From assembly GCA_965215565.1 (NCBI GenBank), contig CBDCDZ010000004.1, forward strand, positions 3,616,001 to 3,680,000: 64,000 nt of DNA, read 5' to 3'. Positions 30,170 to 40,992 of this stretch are shown piece by piece; the first letter of the stretch is position 1; the number at the start of each line of letters is the position of its first letter. The DNA is from Trueperaceae bacterium. Its GTDB lineage: Bacteria; Deinococcota; Deinococci; Deinococcales; Trueperaceae. The notes beneath the pieces were generated by a model. The model saw nothing but the letters and a program-made list of their open reading frames with translations, did no database searches and had not been told where the DNA came from. Made by a program: the position numbers and the translations under genes.

Positions 30170-31213
30170 CTAACCCGTGAAATAGAGCAGCGCGAATGAG
30201 CCGAAGTAGAGCGCTAGCGTTAGGAAACTCTCGAACCCGATGTTGCCGATGCCCTGTTTTTCGCGCCGCAAAAGCCCTAAAAGCAGAATGCCCGTCATCA
30301 GGATGGTCAGCGCGATGATAAAAACTTGCTGGTTGGTGATGGCGTGGTAGATGGACCCGTCTCTGTAGGCGAAGTCCGAGAAGGCGACGAAGAGCGTGTC
30401 GAAGGCGTTGCCGCCGATGACGCCGCCCACCGCCAAGGTCAGCGCGCCGCGCCGCACGGCGGCGATGGTGGTGACAAGCTCGGGCAGCGAGGTGGCGATG
30501 GCGGTGAGCAGCCCGCCGACGATGGTCGCGGAGATGCCGGTTTGCTCTGCGATCTGCACCCCCGTTCTGGCGACGACGAAGCCCGCGACGCCTAAGAGGA
30601 GTGACAGCGCGAAGAAGCTCATCCACAGGCGCGTGAGGCTGGTCTGCTTGGCCTCCTCTTCCGACTCGTCAGGGTCGTCCTCTTTCGTTTCAGGGGTGCG
30701 GTAGGGGTCCCACATCGGGTCCTCTTCCGCCTGAGCGATAAGATAGATGCCGAACCCGTAGGCGAGAATCAAAATAATCGAAGCGGGGTGAATACCGAAG
30801 TAGCTCACATCAGGACCGGCGAGCGCCATGATGGGAATCGCGAGCAGCGTGGCAAGAAGCGTGCCTTGCATCAAGTTGGCGATCGAAGCGGCGGCGTGCT
30901 CCAAGTTGATGTTGCGGTAGCTCATATCCGCCACCGCCAGAAAGACCGTTTGCGCCGCGACGCCGCCAAGCGCGTTGCTGATGGCGAGTTCTGCCGCGCC
31001 GCCCGCCGCCGCCGTCACCGAGGTGACGATGCCCGAGAGCGAGGTAGCCGCGCCCAGCATGACCGCGCCGACGATCGCTTCGCCGAGCCCCGTTTTATCC
31101 GCTAAGAGGTCGGCAACTTTGGTGAGGCGCGTGCCGACGAGCGCGATGACAACGGCTGCTGCGGTGAAGAGGATGAAGATGATGGGTAGGGAAAACGCAG
31201 AGAAATCGACCAT
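30170..31213 (-). CDS. Sodium/calcium exchanger (CaCA) family antiporter
   Basis: Alpha repeats ATSLSG...SNALGG and ATSLPE...GGNAFD. Confidence 0.9.
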   Translation of the reverse strand: MVDFSAFSLPIIFILFTAAAVVIALVGTRLTKVADLLADKTGLGEAIVGAVMLGAATSLSGIVTSVTAAAGGAAELAISNALGGVAAQTVFLAVADMSYRNINLEHAAASIANLMQGTLLATLLAIPIMALAGPDVSYFGIHPASIILILAYGFGIYLIAQAEEDPMWDPYRTPETKEDDPDESEEEAKQTSLTRLWMSFFALSLLLGVAGFVVARTGVQIAEQTGISATIVGGLLTAIATSLPELVTTIAAVRRGALTLAVGGVIGGNAFDTLFVAFSDFAYRDGSIYHAITNQQVFIIALTILMTGILLLGLLRREKQGIGNIGFESFLTLALYFGSFALLYFTG

Positions 31214-31225
31214 GAGTAGCTTAGT

Positions 31226-32752
31226 TTACCTTTTTGTAGTGGCTACCTCTGCGCCACTCGTACCTTTGTCGCTGGCTTCGTCAACTCGCTCAGATTTGTC
31301 CGCGCGCTGCCGCCGCCGGAAGAGGTCCCACACGCAGAGAACGAGCGCGAGCGCGATCATCACCTGGATGAAGGTGAACATGTCGTGCAAGCCGCCGATT
31401 TGCGCCTCCACGGGTGCGTTTGTCGCGTCGCCCCCTACTTGACTCGGCGCGCGCGCCGCCACACGCGCCGCCCACAGCGTTCCCAAAATGGCGATGCCGC
31501 TAGTTTGTCCGAGCGCCCGCGTTTCCGATAAGAGCCCGCCCGCCACGCCGGACTTCTCCCTCGGCACCGAGCCCATAATAGCGCTGTTGTTCGGCGACTG
31601 GAACACGCCCATGCCCAAGCCGACTGGCAAAAAGAGCAGCACGTAGCTGAGCGCGGTGGTGTTCGCGTCGAGCGTGCCGATAGCGAGGTAACCCGCCAAG
31701 ACGAGCACCAGCCCGATAACCGTGATAGGTCTCGCGCCGAACCTGTCCGACAAGCTGCCCGCGACGGGTGCGATAAAAACCAGCACGATGGGCACGATAG
31801 CCATGAGTAAGCCGACGTTGCGCGGCGCGTAGCCGAGGATGTTCTCCAGATAAAAGGGCATCAGAAAGATCGTTCCTGCAATAGCGACAAACGTCGCAAA
31901 ACCCGTGACTAAGCCGATGCTCAGGTCCGCATTCTTGAAGAGGCGCAAGTCAATAACGGGGTCTTCGACGCGCAGCTCGAGCCACACGAAAACGGTGAGC
32001 AAAAGGGCGCTCGCCGCGAATAGCCCGAGAATGAGAGCGCCGCCGAAGCCGCGCTGCTGCCCCAGCGTAAGCGCGAGTAGAAGCGCCAGAAGACAGCTAA
32101 AGAGCACCGCCGCCCCCGGCAAGTCGAAGTGCTGCCCGCCTTTAGGCTCGTAAGCCGGAACGAAGCGGAGCGCCAAAAGCGTGCCGAGGATGCCTATCGG
32201 CACGCCGATAAAGAAAACCCAGTGCCACGAGAGCGTATCTACGAGAAAGCCGCCCAACGTCGGACCGATGACGATACCGCTCGAGAGCACCGAGCCCGTG
32301 ATGCCCAGCGCTTTGCCCCGCTCGTTATCGGGAAACACATCGGTGACGATCGCCAAGCTGAGCGCTGTCAGGAGCGCCGCGCCCGCGCCCTGTAAAACCC
32401 GAAAGCCGATCAACCAATACACCCCTTGTGAGAGCCCGCAAAGGAGCGAGCCGAGCGTAAAGATGACGTAACCCGCGATAAAAAGCGACTTCTTGCCGAG
32501 CATGTCCGCCAAGCGCCCGACGATGGGCAAGAGCACCGCGTTCGTCAGCAAAAAAGAGAGCACCACCCACTGCACGACTGCAAATTTCGTCCCTAACACG
32601 CTCACGAGCGAGGGCAGCGCTACGTTGACGCTCGTCGCCATGACCGTGCCTAAAAACGTGCCGAGGCTCGCGGCGATGAGAACGAACCACTTGCGGTTGT
32701 CGGCTTCTTTGTCGCGATTGGATTCAGAGGGCATAATAGTTAAGTAGAACAC
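31226..32752 (-). CDS. MFS DHA2/EmrB-family efflux transporter
   Basis: About 14 TM segments, GRLADMLGKK, FRVLQGAG, GPTLGG. Confidence 0.92.
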   Translation of the reverse strand: MFYLTIMPSESNRDKEADNRKWFVLIAASLGTFLGTVMATSVNVALPSLVSVLGTKFAVVQWVVLSFLLTNAVLLPIVGRLADMLGKKSLFIAGYVIFTLGSLLCGLSQGVYWLIGFRVLQGAGAALLTALSLAIVTDVFPDNERGKALGITGSVLSSGIVIGPTLGGFLVDTLSWHWVFFIGVPIGILGTLLALRFVPAYEPKGGQHFDLPGAAVLFSCLLALLLALTLGQQRGFGGALILGLFAASALLLTVFVWLELRVEDPVIDLRLFKNADLSIGLVTGFATFVAIAGTIFLMPFYLENILGYAPRNVGLLMAIVPIVLVFIAPVAGSLSDRFGARPITVIGLVLVLAGYLAIGTLDANTTALSYVLLFLPVGLGMGVFQSPNNSAIMGSVPREKSGVAGGLLSETRALGQTSGIAILGTLWAARVAARAPSQVGGDATNAPVEAQIGGLHDMFTFIQVMIALALVLCVWDLFRRRQRADKSERVDEASDKGTSGAEVATTKR

Positions 32753-33274
32753 GTTTTGTGTAGAAGAGGTTAAGCGCAGCCTACGGAGGAGATTATGTGG
32801 AGATTGCGTGGGAACGGCTGGACATGCTGTTCGCCTACCCCTAAACCTCTTATTGTTGTCTCACCCCCTACTGTCTCACCACGTGAAAGAGTCGTCAATG
32901 AAGGCCTCCGAACTGCAAAGAGCGGCGGCGTGGCAAGAGCGGCGGTGAGAAATTCGAAGAGGTCTGGCGTTACGCCTGCTGGGACGTTGCCTCACATCAC
33001 GCTGCTCCGCATCGCTTTGCCGCACCGCTTCTTTTCAGAGCAGGTTCCATACAAAGATTAGGGAGAACGCTCGTCCCTCACGCGCGTTTATAAGAAGACT
33101 TAAAAACGCACGCAAAATTGCTCACATGTAGGTCTGCTGACCGGCTCGAGTGACGAAGCCCACGCCCTTTGGCGCGTGAAGACCGTACAACTAGGGAAGC
33201 TATGACCAACTCTATTTTGCGCTTCATATCTTTTATTACGCGGGCTCGTGTGACCGGTTTAGCGTCAACTCGGG

Positions 33275-35332
33275 ATGGTTTTATATCAAAGGACCGCCGT
33301 GCAGCCTACTGACCGAACCCCCCTCACAGAGACGGCGCACGAAACGCCCCGCAAGCTGCGCTGGTCTGTGCGCACGCGCTACCTCACGGCGTTAGCGCTC
33401 GTGGGCTTGCTCAGCGTCGGCGCGTTCGTCGCGCTCAGCAGCGTGATTCAGACGCAAGGGCACTACGGTACGATTATCAACGTGAGCGGACGCCAGCGGA
33501 TGCTCTCGCAGCGCACCGCGCTCTACGCGCAGATGCTCGCCTCTACGCAGAACCCCGGCGAGCGCGAGGCGTTGGCGCAAACTTTAGCGCGTGACACCGA
33601 CCTGATGGAGCGCTCGCATATCGGGCTCACCGAAGGGGACGAGGAGCTAGGTCTGCCCGGCAACCCGTCCCCTGCGGTTGCCGCGCTCTATTTTGGCGCG
33701 CCGACGGACCTAGACGCGCAGGTTCGTGAGCACATAAGCCGGGTGCGCAGCCTTCTAGCCGCGCCCAGAAGCGACCTTACGCCCAACAACCCCAACTTAC
33801 AAGCGATCCTCGCCACCGCGCCTACGACGCTCCTACCCGCGCTTAATGACGTGGTCGCGCAGTACGAGGCGGAGTCGAGCGCGCAGGTGGCGCGGCTCAA
33901 ATGGGTGGAGACCGGCGTGCTGCTCGCGACGTTGCTGACACTGGTCTTAGAGGCGGTGTTCATCTTTCATCCGATGGAGCGCGCCATCCGCTCGAGCCGC
34001 CAAAAGCTCGTCCACGACGCCTTTCACGATGACCTCACAGGTGTGCCCAACCGCGCGCTCTTTGTGAGGCGCTTGAGCCGCGCGATCGGGAAGCGCCAGG
34101 AGAGCGAACGCGCCTACTTCGCCGTGGTCTTTTTAGACCTAGACCGCTTCAAGACCATCAACGACTCGCTCGGTCACTCGGTGGGCGACGCGCTCCTCGT
34201 TGCCTTTTGCGAGCGGCTCTCGCGGTGCGTGCGTCCGGGTGATACGGTGGCGCGGCTCGCGGGCGACGAGTTCACAGTTCTGCTCGAGGATATGAGCAGT
34301 CCCGAGGACGCGCTCAGCGTCGCCGAGCGCATCGAACACGCCTTAGAAGCCCCCTTCAGTTTGACGGGTCACAGCGTTCACGCGACGGCGAGCCTGGGCA
34401 TCGTCTCCTCGGAAGAGGGCTACACCACTGCCGAAGAGGTCTTGCGCGACGCCGACATCGCCATGTACCGCGCGAAGGTAGGTGGTCGCGCCCGGCACCA
34501 GCTCTTCAGCCCCGAGATGCGCGAAGAGGTCGTTCAGGCGATGGTTTTCGAGCGCGACCTGCGCAGCGCTGTCCCTAAGGGCGAGTTAGAGGTTCACTAT
34601 CAGCCTATCGTGTCGGTGGCGGCGGCTAAAACTGTCGGCTTCGAGGCGTTGGTGCGGTGGCGTCACGCTCAGCGTGGGTTGGTCTCGCCCGCTGACTTTA
34701 TCCCTATCGCTGAGGAGACGGGCGTCATCGTCGACATCGACCGTTGGGTTTTACGCCAGGCGTGCGCGCAACTCGTCATCTGGCAAGCGCAGTTTGCCAA
34801 CCCCCTCACCCTCAACGTCAACCTCACCTCACAGCAGTTGGAGCGCCCCGACTTCGTGGAGGTTGTGCGCAAGACGCTCGCCGAGACGGGTTTCGAGGCG
34901 GCGCAGCTCCACCTGGAAATCACTGAAAGCACGCTGGTCAACCGCACGGAAGAGGTGATGGCGGCGCTCGGGCAGCTCGAGTCCCTGGGCGTCGAACTCC
35001 ACATCGACGACTTCGGCACGGGCTACTCGTCCTTATCCTACCTGCAAGGCTTCCCGGCTGACGCGCTCAAAATCGACCGCTCCTTCGTCAATAAGCTGAC
35101 CCAAAACGCGGAGAGCGCGCGCTTAGTGCAGACCATCGTGGCGATGGCGCACGGGCTCGGCTTGCGCGTTGTGGCTGAGGGGGTGGAGACGGTAGAGCAG
35201 CTAGAGCACCTGCGCGGCTTAGGCTGCGAGTACGCGCAAGGCTTTTACTTCGCCAAGCCGTTAGAAAAAGACGCCGTCGCAGAGTTTTTGACGCTTTCAT
35301 CCAAGGAGAGGGCGGACAAGGCGGCGGCGTGA
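33275..35332 (+). CDS. PilJ/NarX-like sensor-GGDEF-EAL protein
   Basis: IINVSGRQRMLSQR between two TMs, RLAGDEF, EALVRW, DDFGTGYSSL. Confidence 0.92.
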   Translation: MVLYQRTAVQPTDRTPLTETAHETPRKLRWSVRTRYLTALALVGLLSVGAFVALSSVIQTQGHYGTIINVSGRQRMLSQRTALYAQMLASTQNPGEREALAQTLARDTDLMERSHIGLTEGDEELGLPGNPSPAVAALYFGAPTDLDAQVREHISRVRSLLAAPRSDLTPNNPNLQAILATAPTTLLPALNDVVAQYEAESSAQVARLKWVETGVLLATLLTLVLEAVFIFHPMERAIRSSRQKLVHDAFHDDLTGVPNRALFVRRLSRAIGKRQESERAYFAVVFLDLDRFKTINDSLGHSVGDALLVAFCERLSRCVRPGDTVARLAGDEFTVLLEDMSSPEDALSVAERIEHALEAPFSLTGHSVHATASLGIVSSEEGYTTAEEVLRDADIAMYRAKVGGRARHQLFSPEMREEVVQAMVFERDLRSAVPKGELEVHYQPIVSVAAAKTVGFEALVRWRHAQRGLVSPADFIPIAEETGVIVDIDRWVLRQACAQLVIWQAQFANPLTLNVNLTSQQLERPDFVEVVRKTLAETGFEAAQLHLEITESTLVNRTEEVMAALGQLESLGVELHIDDFGTGYSSLSYLQGFPADALKIDRSFVNKLTQNAESARLVQTIVAMAHGLGLRVVAEGVETVEQLEHLRGLGCEYAQGFYFAKPLEKDAVAEFLTLSSKERADKAAA

Positions 35333-35336
35333 ACCC

Positions 35337-36203
35337 CTACCCCTTCACCGATCCCGCCAAGAGCCCCCGGATGAAGTAACGCCCTAAGATGATGTAGATA
35401 AGGAGCGTCGGCAGCGCCGCTAAAATCGCCCCCGCCATCGGCAGGTTCCAGTCCACTGCCTGCCCGCCCGCAAGCTGCGCGAGCGCCACGGTGATGGGCT
35501 GCGAACTCTGCCGCGTTAGGGTGACGGCGAAAAGGAATTCGTTCCACACCTGCGTGAACTGCCAGATGATCACCACGACGAAACCCGACACTGAGAGCGG
35601 AAAGACGATGCGGCGGTAGAGCCCGAAAAAGCCCGCCCCGTCAATCTTCGCCGCCTCCAACATCTCGTCGGGAATCTCCGCGTAGAAGTTGCGAAAGATG
35701 AGCGTGGTGATCGGTAAGCCGTAGACGATGTGCGTGAGAATGAGCCCCCAGAGCGAGCCGTAGAGCCCTAAGTTGCGCAAGAACTCGAAGAGGGGAATCA
35801 GCACGCTCTGATACGGGATGAACATGCCGAAGAGGATGAGTGGAAAAACGATGTTCGCCCCCGGAAAGCGCCACTTCGAGAGGATGTAGCCGTTCATCGA
35901 GCCCAGTAGCGCCGCGCCGAGAGTCGCTGTCACCGTGAGAATCAAGCTGTTCAAAAGTTTAGGCGCGAACGCCTCCCACGCTTCGGCGAACGACTGCCAG
36001 TACCAGACCTCGGGCAAGCTCCAGGTGTTCGCGAGGTTGATGGCGGCGGGCTCCTTGAGGCTCGTCACAATCACGAGGTAGACGGGCAGCAAGAAGAACA
36101 CTGTAGCAATGCCCAAAAGGAGGTAGATAACCCAGCGCGTCCCCGCGCCACGTCTGCTCGTCTGCACCTCTTGTTTCGTCGCCGCTTTCTGCGTTGTGCT
36201 CAC
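35337..36203 (-). CDS. Carbohydrate ABC transporter permease
   Basis: [11 protein letters not shown] motif, WNEFLFA. Confidence 0.93.
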   Translation of the reverse strand: MSTTQKAATKQEVQTSRRGAGTRWVIYLLLGIATVFFLLPVYLVIVTSLKEPAAINLANTWSLPEVWYWQSFAEAWEAFAPKLLNSLILTVTATLGAALLGSMNGYILSKWRFPGANIVFPLILFGMFIPYQSVLIPLFEFLRNLGLYGSLWGLILTHIVYGLPITTLIFRNFYAEIPDEMLEAAKIDGAGFFGLYRRIVFPLSVSGFVVVIIWQFTQVWNEFLFAVTLTRQSSQPITVALAQLAGGQAVDWNLPMAGAILAALPTLLIYIILGRYFIRGLLAGSVKG

Positions 36204-37318
36204 CGCCTCACTTCCCCGCGCAAGCTGGTGTAGAGGTAGGGGATGATGACCGCCGCTACCATAACGAGCAGCACGACGGCTATCGCCGCGCCTTCCGCGA
36301 ACTGGTTCGCCCTAAACGAGCGCAGGTACATGAGAAGCGCAGGCACGTCCGTCGTCGCGTTGTCCGCACCCGCCATCGCGAAGATGAGGTCGAAGATTTT
36401 TAGGCTGATGTGTCCTAAGATGATCATAGCGGAGAGCGTGATAGGCGCGAGGAGCGGAAAGATCACGAAGCGGTAGAGTTGCACCTCAGTTGCGCCGTCC
36501 ACCCGCGCCGCCTCGCGTAAATCGTCGGGGATGCCGCGCAACCCCGCTAAGTAGAGCGCCATCGTATAGCCCGACATCTGCCACACCGCCGCCATGATGA
36601 TGCCGATAAAGGCGAGGTTGAACCCATGTGTCTCGCTAAAAGGCAACAACGCGACTGAACGCGCCCCGGTGAACAGCCAAACGATGAGCACCGCCGCCGA
36701 AACGCCTGCAAGCAAACTGCGCCGAGTGTTGCCACTACGAAAGGCGCGAAACGCCACCCATAACAAGATAAGTGCAACTAAAATACCCGTATAAATATGG
36801 AGGTTTTGCCAGTTAAATTGCCAGACCTGCTCACGACTCGCCAGCCAGCGAAACTCGCCCTTGGGGAGTCCAACCACCGTCGGCAAGACGTTGACGCCCC
36901 CTTGCGGTTGCAACATCCAGCGCCAGATGGTGCCCGTAACGATAAACGCTAAAGACATCGGAAAGAGAAAAACCGTGCGAAAAAAGCCCTCGCCGCGCAC
37001 GTTTTGCTCGAGCAAAATCGCCAGCAAGAGCCCTACACCCAAGCAGCCCGCCAAGAAAAATATCGTGAAAAAGAAGGTGTTGACCAAATCCTGACGAAAG
37101 CGTGCGTTCGTCGCGCCCGTGAAGAGGCGGTCGTAGTTGGCTAAGCCCGTGAACTCGAGCTTGGGGTTGAGCGCCAACGCCTGCGCAGGGTCCTGCCCCC
37201 AGTTGGTCAGCGACACCCAAAAGGTCTGCCCGATAAAGCCGTAGACGAAGATGCCCAACAAGACGAGCGAGGGCAGAAGCATCAAGATAGCAGTGAGTTT
37301 GTCGCGATAGTTTTTCAT
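36200..37318 (-). CDS. Carbohydrate ABC transporter permease
   Basis: [11 protein letters not shown] motif. Start placed at MKNYRD. Confidence 0.92.
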   Translation of the reverse strand: MKNYRDKLTAILMLLPSLVLLGIFVYGFIGQTFWVSLTNWGQDPAQALALNPKLEFTGLANYDRLFTGATNARFRQDLVNTFFFTIFFLAGCLGVGLLLAILLEQNVRGEGFFRTVFLFPMSLAFIVTGTIWRWMLQPQGGVNVLPTVVGLPKGEFRWLASREQVWQFNWQNLHIYTGILVALILLWVAFRAFRSGNTRRSLLAGVSAAVLIVWLFTGARSVALLPFSETHGFNLAFIGIIMAAVWQMSGYTMALYLAGLRGIPDDLREAARVDGATEVQLYRFVIFPLLAPITLSAMIILGHISLKIFDLIFAMAGADNATTDVPALLMYLRSFRANQFAEGAAIAVVLLVMVAAVIIPYLYTSLRGEVRR

Positions 37319-37350
37319 AATGATCCGTCTCTTGCGGTTACGAGTTAAAA

Positions 37351-37438
37351 GCGAGTTAAAAGCAATGAGCAATGAGCCTAAAGGTTTTCACTCATTGCTC
37401 ATTGCTCGGTACTCATCGCTGTTTTCTGCTCATTGCTG
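37351..37438. repeat. Heptamer (AGCAATG/CATTGCT) tandem and inverted repeats
   Basis: agcaatgagcaatgagc ... ctcattgctcattgctc ... ctcattgct, between the binding-protein and permease genes. Confidence 0.7.
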
Positions 37439-37440
37439 TC

Positions 37441-38673
37441 TTAGTTCCCGATGCCCGTCTGCGACGCAATCTCCTGCGCGGCGTTCGCTGCCGCTTCGGG
37501 ATTACGCGAGCTTAAAAAGCTCTCCATCACGCTGGCGAATTCGCTCATGAACGTCTCGTTGGCGACTGCGCCGTGTACGAGCGAGCCGACTTGCGTATTT
37601 TCCTGATAGTCCTCAGCGGCGGACTGCGAGTAGGCGTTGTACTGGCTTAAATCGCTGTCTAAGCGCGGCGAGATGGAGCCTTTGAGCGGGTTGAAGGTGT
37701 CCTGACCCTCTTGCGAGCCCACAAGTCTCAGCCACTCCCGCGCGTTTTCGGGATGCGGCGCGCCGACGGGCAAGCCGAACGAGTCGGACAAGAGCATGAA
37801 GTTACCTTCCGTACCGGGGGACGCCGCCCAACCGAAGCCTTCGCTCGGGGTGAGCCCCAGCGTCGTGCTCATGTAGCCCGCCGCCCAGTCGCCCATGACG
37901 TTAAAGGCGGCGTCGCCGTTCGCCACGCGGTCGGTGGCTTGCTGCCAGGTCAAACCGGTGGCGTCCTCGTTCGTACAGTCTAAAATCTGCCCGAAGGTCT
38001 CCCAGACCTCCACCACTTCGGGATCGGTAAAGGAGAGTTCGCCGCTCCAGAGCCGCCCGTAGTTTTCGGTGCCGAGCGTCGCCAACGCCACCGATTCCCA
38101 GAGGTGCTGCTGCGTCCAGTTCTCGCCGACGACCAAAGGCGTGACGTTCTGCTCTTGCAAGGCGGGGCAGGTGGTGTTCAAAAATTCGTCCCAGCTTGAC
38201 GGCACGCTGACGCCCCACTCCTCCAAGTTACTCGGCATGTACCAGAGGACGTTCGAGCGGTGGATATTGACAGGTACGCTCCAGATGCCCCCCTCCGTGC
38301 TGATGAGGTCGAGTAGCCCTTGCGGGAAGGCGTCCATCCAGCCCTCTTCCTCGAAGAGCGGGGTGAGGTCTTCCATGCGCTCCGCTGTGACCCAGGTGCC
38401 GATGAGTTCTTGCCCGGCGTGAACCTGGAACGAATCGGGCGGATCGCCGCCCAACATGCGCGTTTTAAGAACAGCGCGCGCGTTCACGCCCGAGCCGCCC
38501 GCGACGGTGGCGTTGATGACCTCGGTGTTCTCGTATTCCTGCTGATATTGGTCGATTAGCGCTTGTAGCGCTGGACCCTCGTCGCCCGCCCACCAGGAGA
38601 AGATTTCAAGCTCCTCTTGGGCGTAAGCGGCGCTCAAGAAGAGGGTGAGAAGTAGAACGGCTAATCGTTTCAT
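37441..38673 (-). CDS. Sugar (glucose/mannose-type) ABC substrate-binding protein
   Basis: Signal peptide MKRLAV after [35 protein letters not shown]. Confidence 0.92.
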   Translation of the reverse strand: MKRLAVLLLTLFLSAAYAQEELEIFSWWAGDEGPALQALIDQYQQEYENTEVINATVAGGSGVNARAVLKTRMLGGDPPDSFQVHAGQELIGTWVTAERMEDLTPLFEEEGWMDAFPQGLLDLISTEGGIWSVPVNIHRSNVLWYMPSNLEEWGVSVPSSWDEFLNTTCPALQEQNVTPLVVGENWTQQHLWESVALATLGTENYGRLWSGELSFTDPEVVEVWETFGQILDCTNEDATGLTWQQATDRVANGDAAFNVMGDWAAGYMSTTLGLTPSEGFGWAASPGTEGNFMLLSDSFGLPVGAPHPENAREWLRLVGSQEGQDTFNPLKGSISPRLDSDLSQYNAYSQSAAEDYQENTQVGSLVHGAVANETFMSEFASVMESFLSSRNPEAAANAAQEIASQTGIGN

Positions 38674-38908
38674 GATGTCTCCTTTTTCAAATCTTTCCGA
38701 GTAGTGAGGTCTGAGACTCGAGGGTTGTGAAGAAGCCGTTCCGGTGCTTGCTACTACCTCAAAATCGCCACTAGGGAAATTGAGCATACCGCTAAGCAGC
38801 GCGGCGTTCTTTTGGTTCCATCCGAGTTGTGACCTTCGCTCCTCAGCATAGCGCGTTTTTGTTGGCGGGTAAAGAAGCCTGCTAAGCTGAGTACACATTG
38901 ATGAAGAG

Positions 38909-39970
38909 GTGAGCGTTGTGCACGTAACGAAAGAACCCTGGGGCGAGGTAAACGGCGAGGCGGTGAGCCTCTTTACGTTGAGGACCGAGAATGGTCTGAG
39001 CGCCAAGATAACGAACTACGGCGGCACTTTGACCGAGTTGCGCGTGCCGGACGCGAGAGGCGCGTTGGCTGACGTCGTGCTGGGCTTTAAGCGGCTCGAG
39101 GATTACAGGTCCGACGCCTATGAGGAGAGTAGCCCCTACTTCGGCGCGCTCGTCGGGCGCGTTGCTAACCGCATCGCAGGAGCGCAGTTTTCACTCGGTG
39201 AAGAGGTCTACACGCTTGCGGCAAATGAAGGCGAGCACAGTATGCACGGCGGCGCTCGCGGCTTTGATAAGCGGGTCTGGCAGGCTCAAGTTTTGGACGA
39301 GGGGCTCGAGCTTCGCTACACCTCACCGGACGGCGAAAAGGGCTATCCAGGACGGCTCCGGGTGAGCGCACTTTACACTCTGAAAGAGGGCAGGCTGAGG
39401 CTCGAGCTGCGCGCCGAAGCGGACCGAGCCACGCCCGTCAACCTCACGCAGCACAGCTACTTCAATCTTGCCGGAGAGGGCTCGGGTGACATTCTGGACC
39501 ACGAGTTGACGCTGAACAGTCGCTTCTACACGCCGACGGATGAGACCTCTATCCCAACGGGAGAAATTTTAGAGGTTGAGGGAACGCCCTTTGACTTCTC
39601 GGTAGCGAAAAGGATAGGTGCAGACATCGAGCAGCCAGCCGTGCAGCGCATCTCGGGCGGCGGCTACGACACGAACTTCGTCATCGCGGGCAGGGGCGAC
39701 TTGCGGTTTGGAGCGCGGCTCCGTGACCCCTCTTCAGGGCGGACGATGGACCTTTACACAACGCAACCGGGGCTGCAAGTCTACAGCGGCAACTTCCTAG
39801 AGGGAAAGTTGAGAGGTAAAAGCGGCGCACTCTACGAGAAGCACGCAGGGGTGGCGCTCGAGCCCCAGCACTACCCCGACGCCGTCAACATCCCGCACTT
39901 CCCTAACACTATCTTGCAGCCAGAAGAGGTCTACCGCCAAGTGATCGAATACAAATTTTCAGCTCGGTAA
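38909..39970 (+). CDS. galM: Aldose 1-epimerase
   Basis: [28 protein letters not shown]. Confidence 0.93.
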   Translation: MSVVHVTKEPWGEVNGEAVSLFTLRTENGLSAKITNYGGTLTELRVPDARGALADVVLGFKRLEDYRSDAYEESSPYFGALVGRVANRIAGAQFSLGEEVYTLAANEGEHSMHGGARGFDKRVWQAQVLDEGLELRYTSPDGEKGYPGRLRVSALYTLKEGRLRLELRAEADRATPVNLTQHSYFNLAGEGSGDILDHELTLNSRFYTPTDETSIPTGEILEVEGTPFDFSVAKRIGADIEQPAVQRISGGGYDTNFVIAGRGDLRFGARLRDPSSGRTMDLYTTQPGLQVYSGNFLEGKLRGKSGALYEKHAGVALEPQHYPDAVNIPHFPNTILQPEEVYRQVIEYKFSAR

Positions 39971-40233
39971 AGGTGGAGTAGAGGCGGAGTGGCTCGAGCT
40001 TTATCCGGTTCTCCTACCGCGTCACCGAAATACCTAGCGTCTCCGCGGAAAACTCACAGTCGGGATAGAGACCTCTTAGGTTGTGGGCTGCTCGCGCAAC
40101 TGACCGCAGGCCCGTGGTGCCCGTGTGAAGTTCGCGATACTGGGCTCGTCACCCCGGCGAACGCCGAGAAAGTGCGGCGCTAATGTGGACTTTATCAGGT
40201 CACCTCGTGAGGGGGGCGCGTTAGACTGACGGG

Positions 40234-40992
40234 GTGCGATTAGGGCAGATAGGTCACGGTTCAGATGTCGGCAGGGTGAGGTCTCTCAACGAGGACTATC
40301 ACCGGGTGTGGCAGTTCCCTTGCGCGGACGGCTTGGCGCTGCTCGCCGTAGCAGACGGCATGGGCGGCGCGGCGGCGGGTGAAGTCGCGAGCAAGCTGGC
40401 GATGGAGGTTATCGACGAGGCGTTCAGCCGCTACGTGGGCGCGCTCCAGCAGGGGCAACCCGTTGTCGGCATCGACAAGCTGACCGAAAAGGCGCTGCGC
40501 TTAGCCAACCGCCGCGTGTTCGAAGCGGCCACCTCGAATACGGGGCGGCAGGGCATGGGCACGACGCTGACCCTAGTCGCGGTGAGCAACCATAAGGCGT
40601 ACTTAGGGCACGTGGGCGACTCGAGGGCGTACCTCATTCGCGGCGAGCAGATTTACCAACTGACCAAAGACCACTCGTGGGTGGAAGAGCAGCTCGAGCA
40701 GGGTCTCTTGAATGAGGAGCAGGCGCAGAACCACGCCTGGCGCAACCTCATCACCCGCGCGCTCGGCACAAGAGCGCAAGTCGTGCCGGACATCGCGCAG
40801 ATCGAGGTGCAGCAGGGAGACGTATTTATCATCTCGACAGACGGCCTGCACGGGCTCATCCAACCCGGCGAGATTTTGGATGAGGTCAGGAGGCGCTCGA
40901 GCCGTCAAGCGTCGGTGGAATACCTCATCGACTTGGCTAACGAGCGCGGCGGTCCCGACAACATCACGCTGGTCATCGCGGAGGTCGGCTGA
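40234..40992 (+). CDS. PP2C-family Ser/Thr phosphatase
   Basis: NED, VADGMGG, GMGTT, HVGDSRAY, TDGL, GGPDNIT. Confidence 0.94.
   Translation: MRLGQIGHGSDVGRVRSLNEDYHRVWQFPCADGLALLAVADGMGGAAAGEVASKLAMEVIDEAFSRYVGALQQGQPVVGIDKLTEKALRLANRRVFEAATSNTGRQGMGTTLTLVAVSNHKAYLGHVGDSRAYLIRGEQIYQLTKDHSWVEEQLEQGLLNEEQAQNHAWRNLITRALGTRAQVVPDIAQIEVQQGDVFIISTDGLHGLIQPGEILDEVRRRSSRQASVEYLIDLANERGGPDNITLVIAEVG

Noticed and set aside
39971..40233. ncRNA or 64-aa ORF between galM and the phosphatase gene
   Set aside because: No recognisable RNA-family motif, and the ORF has no RBS or protein-like features.
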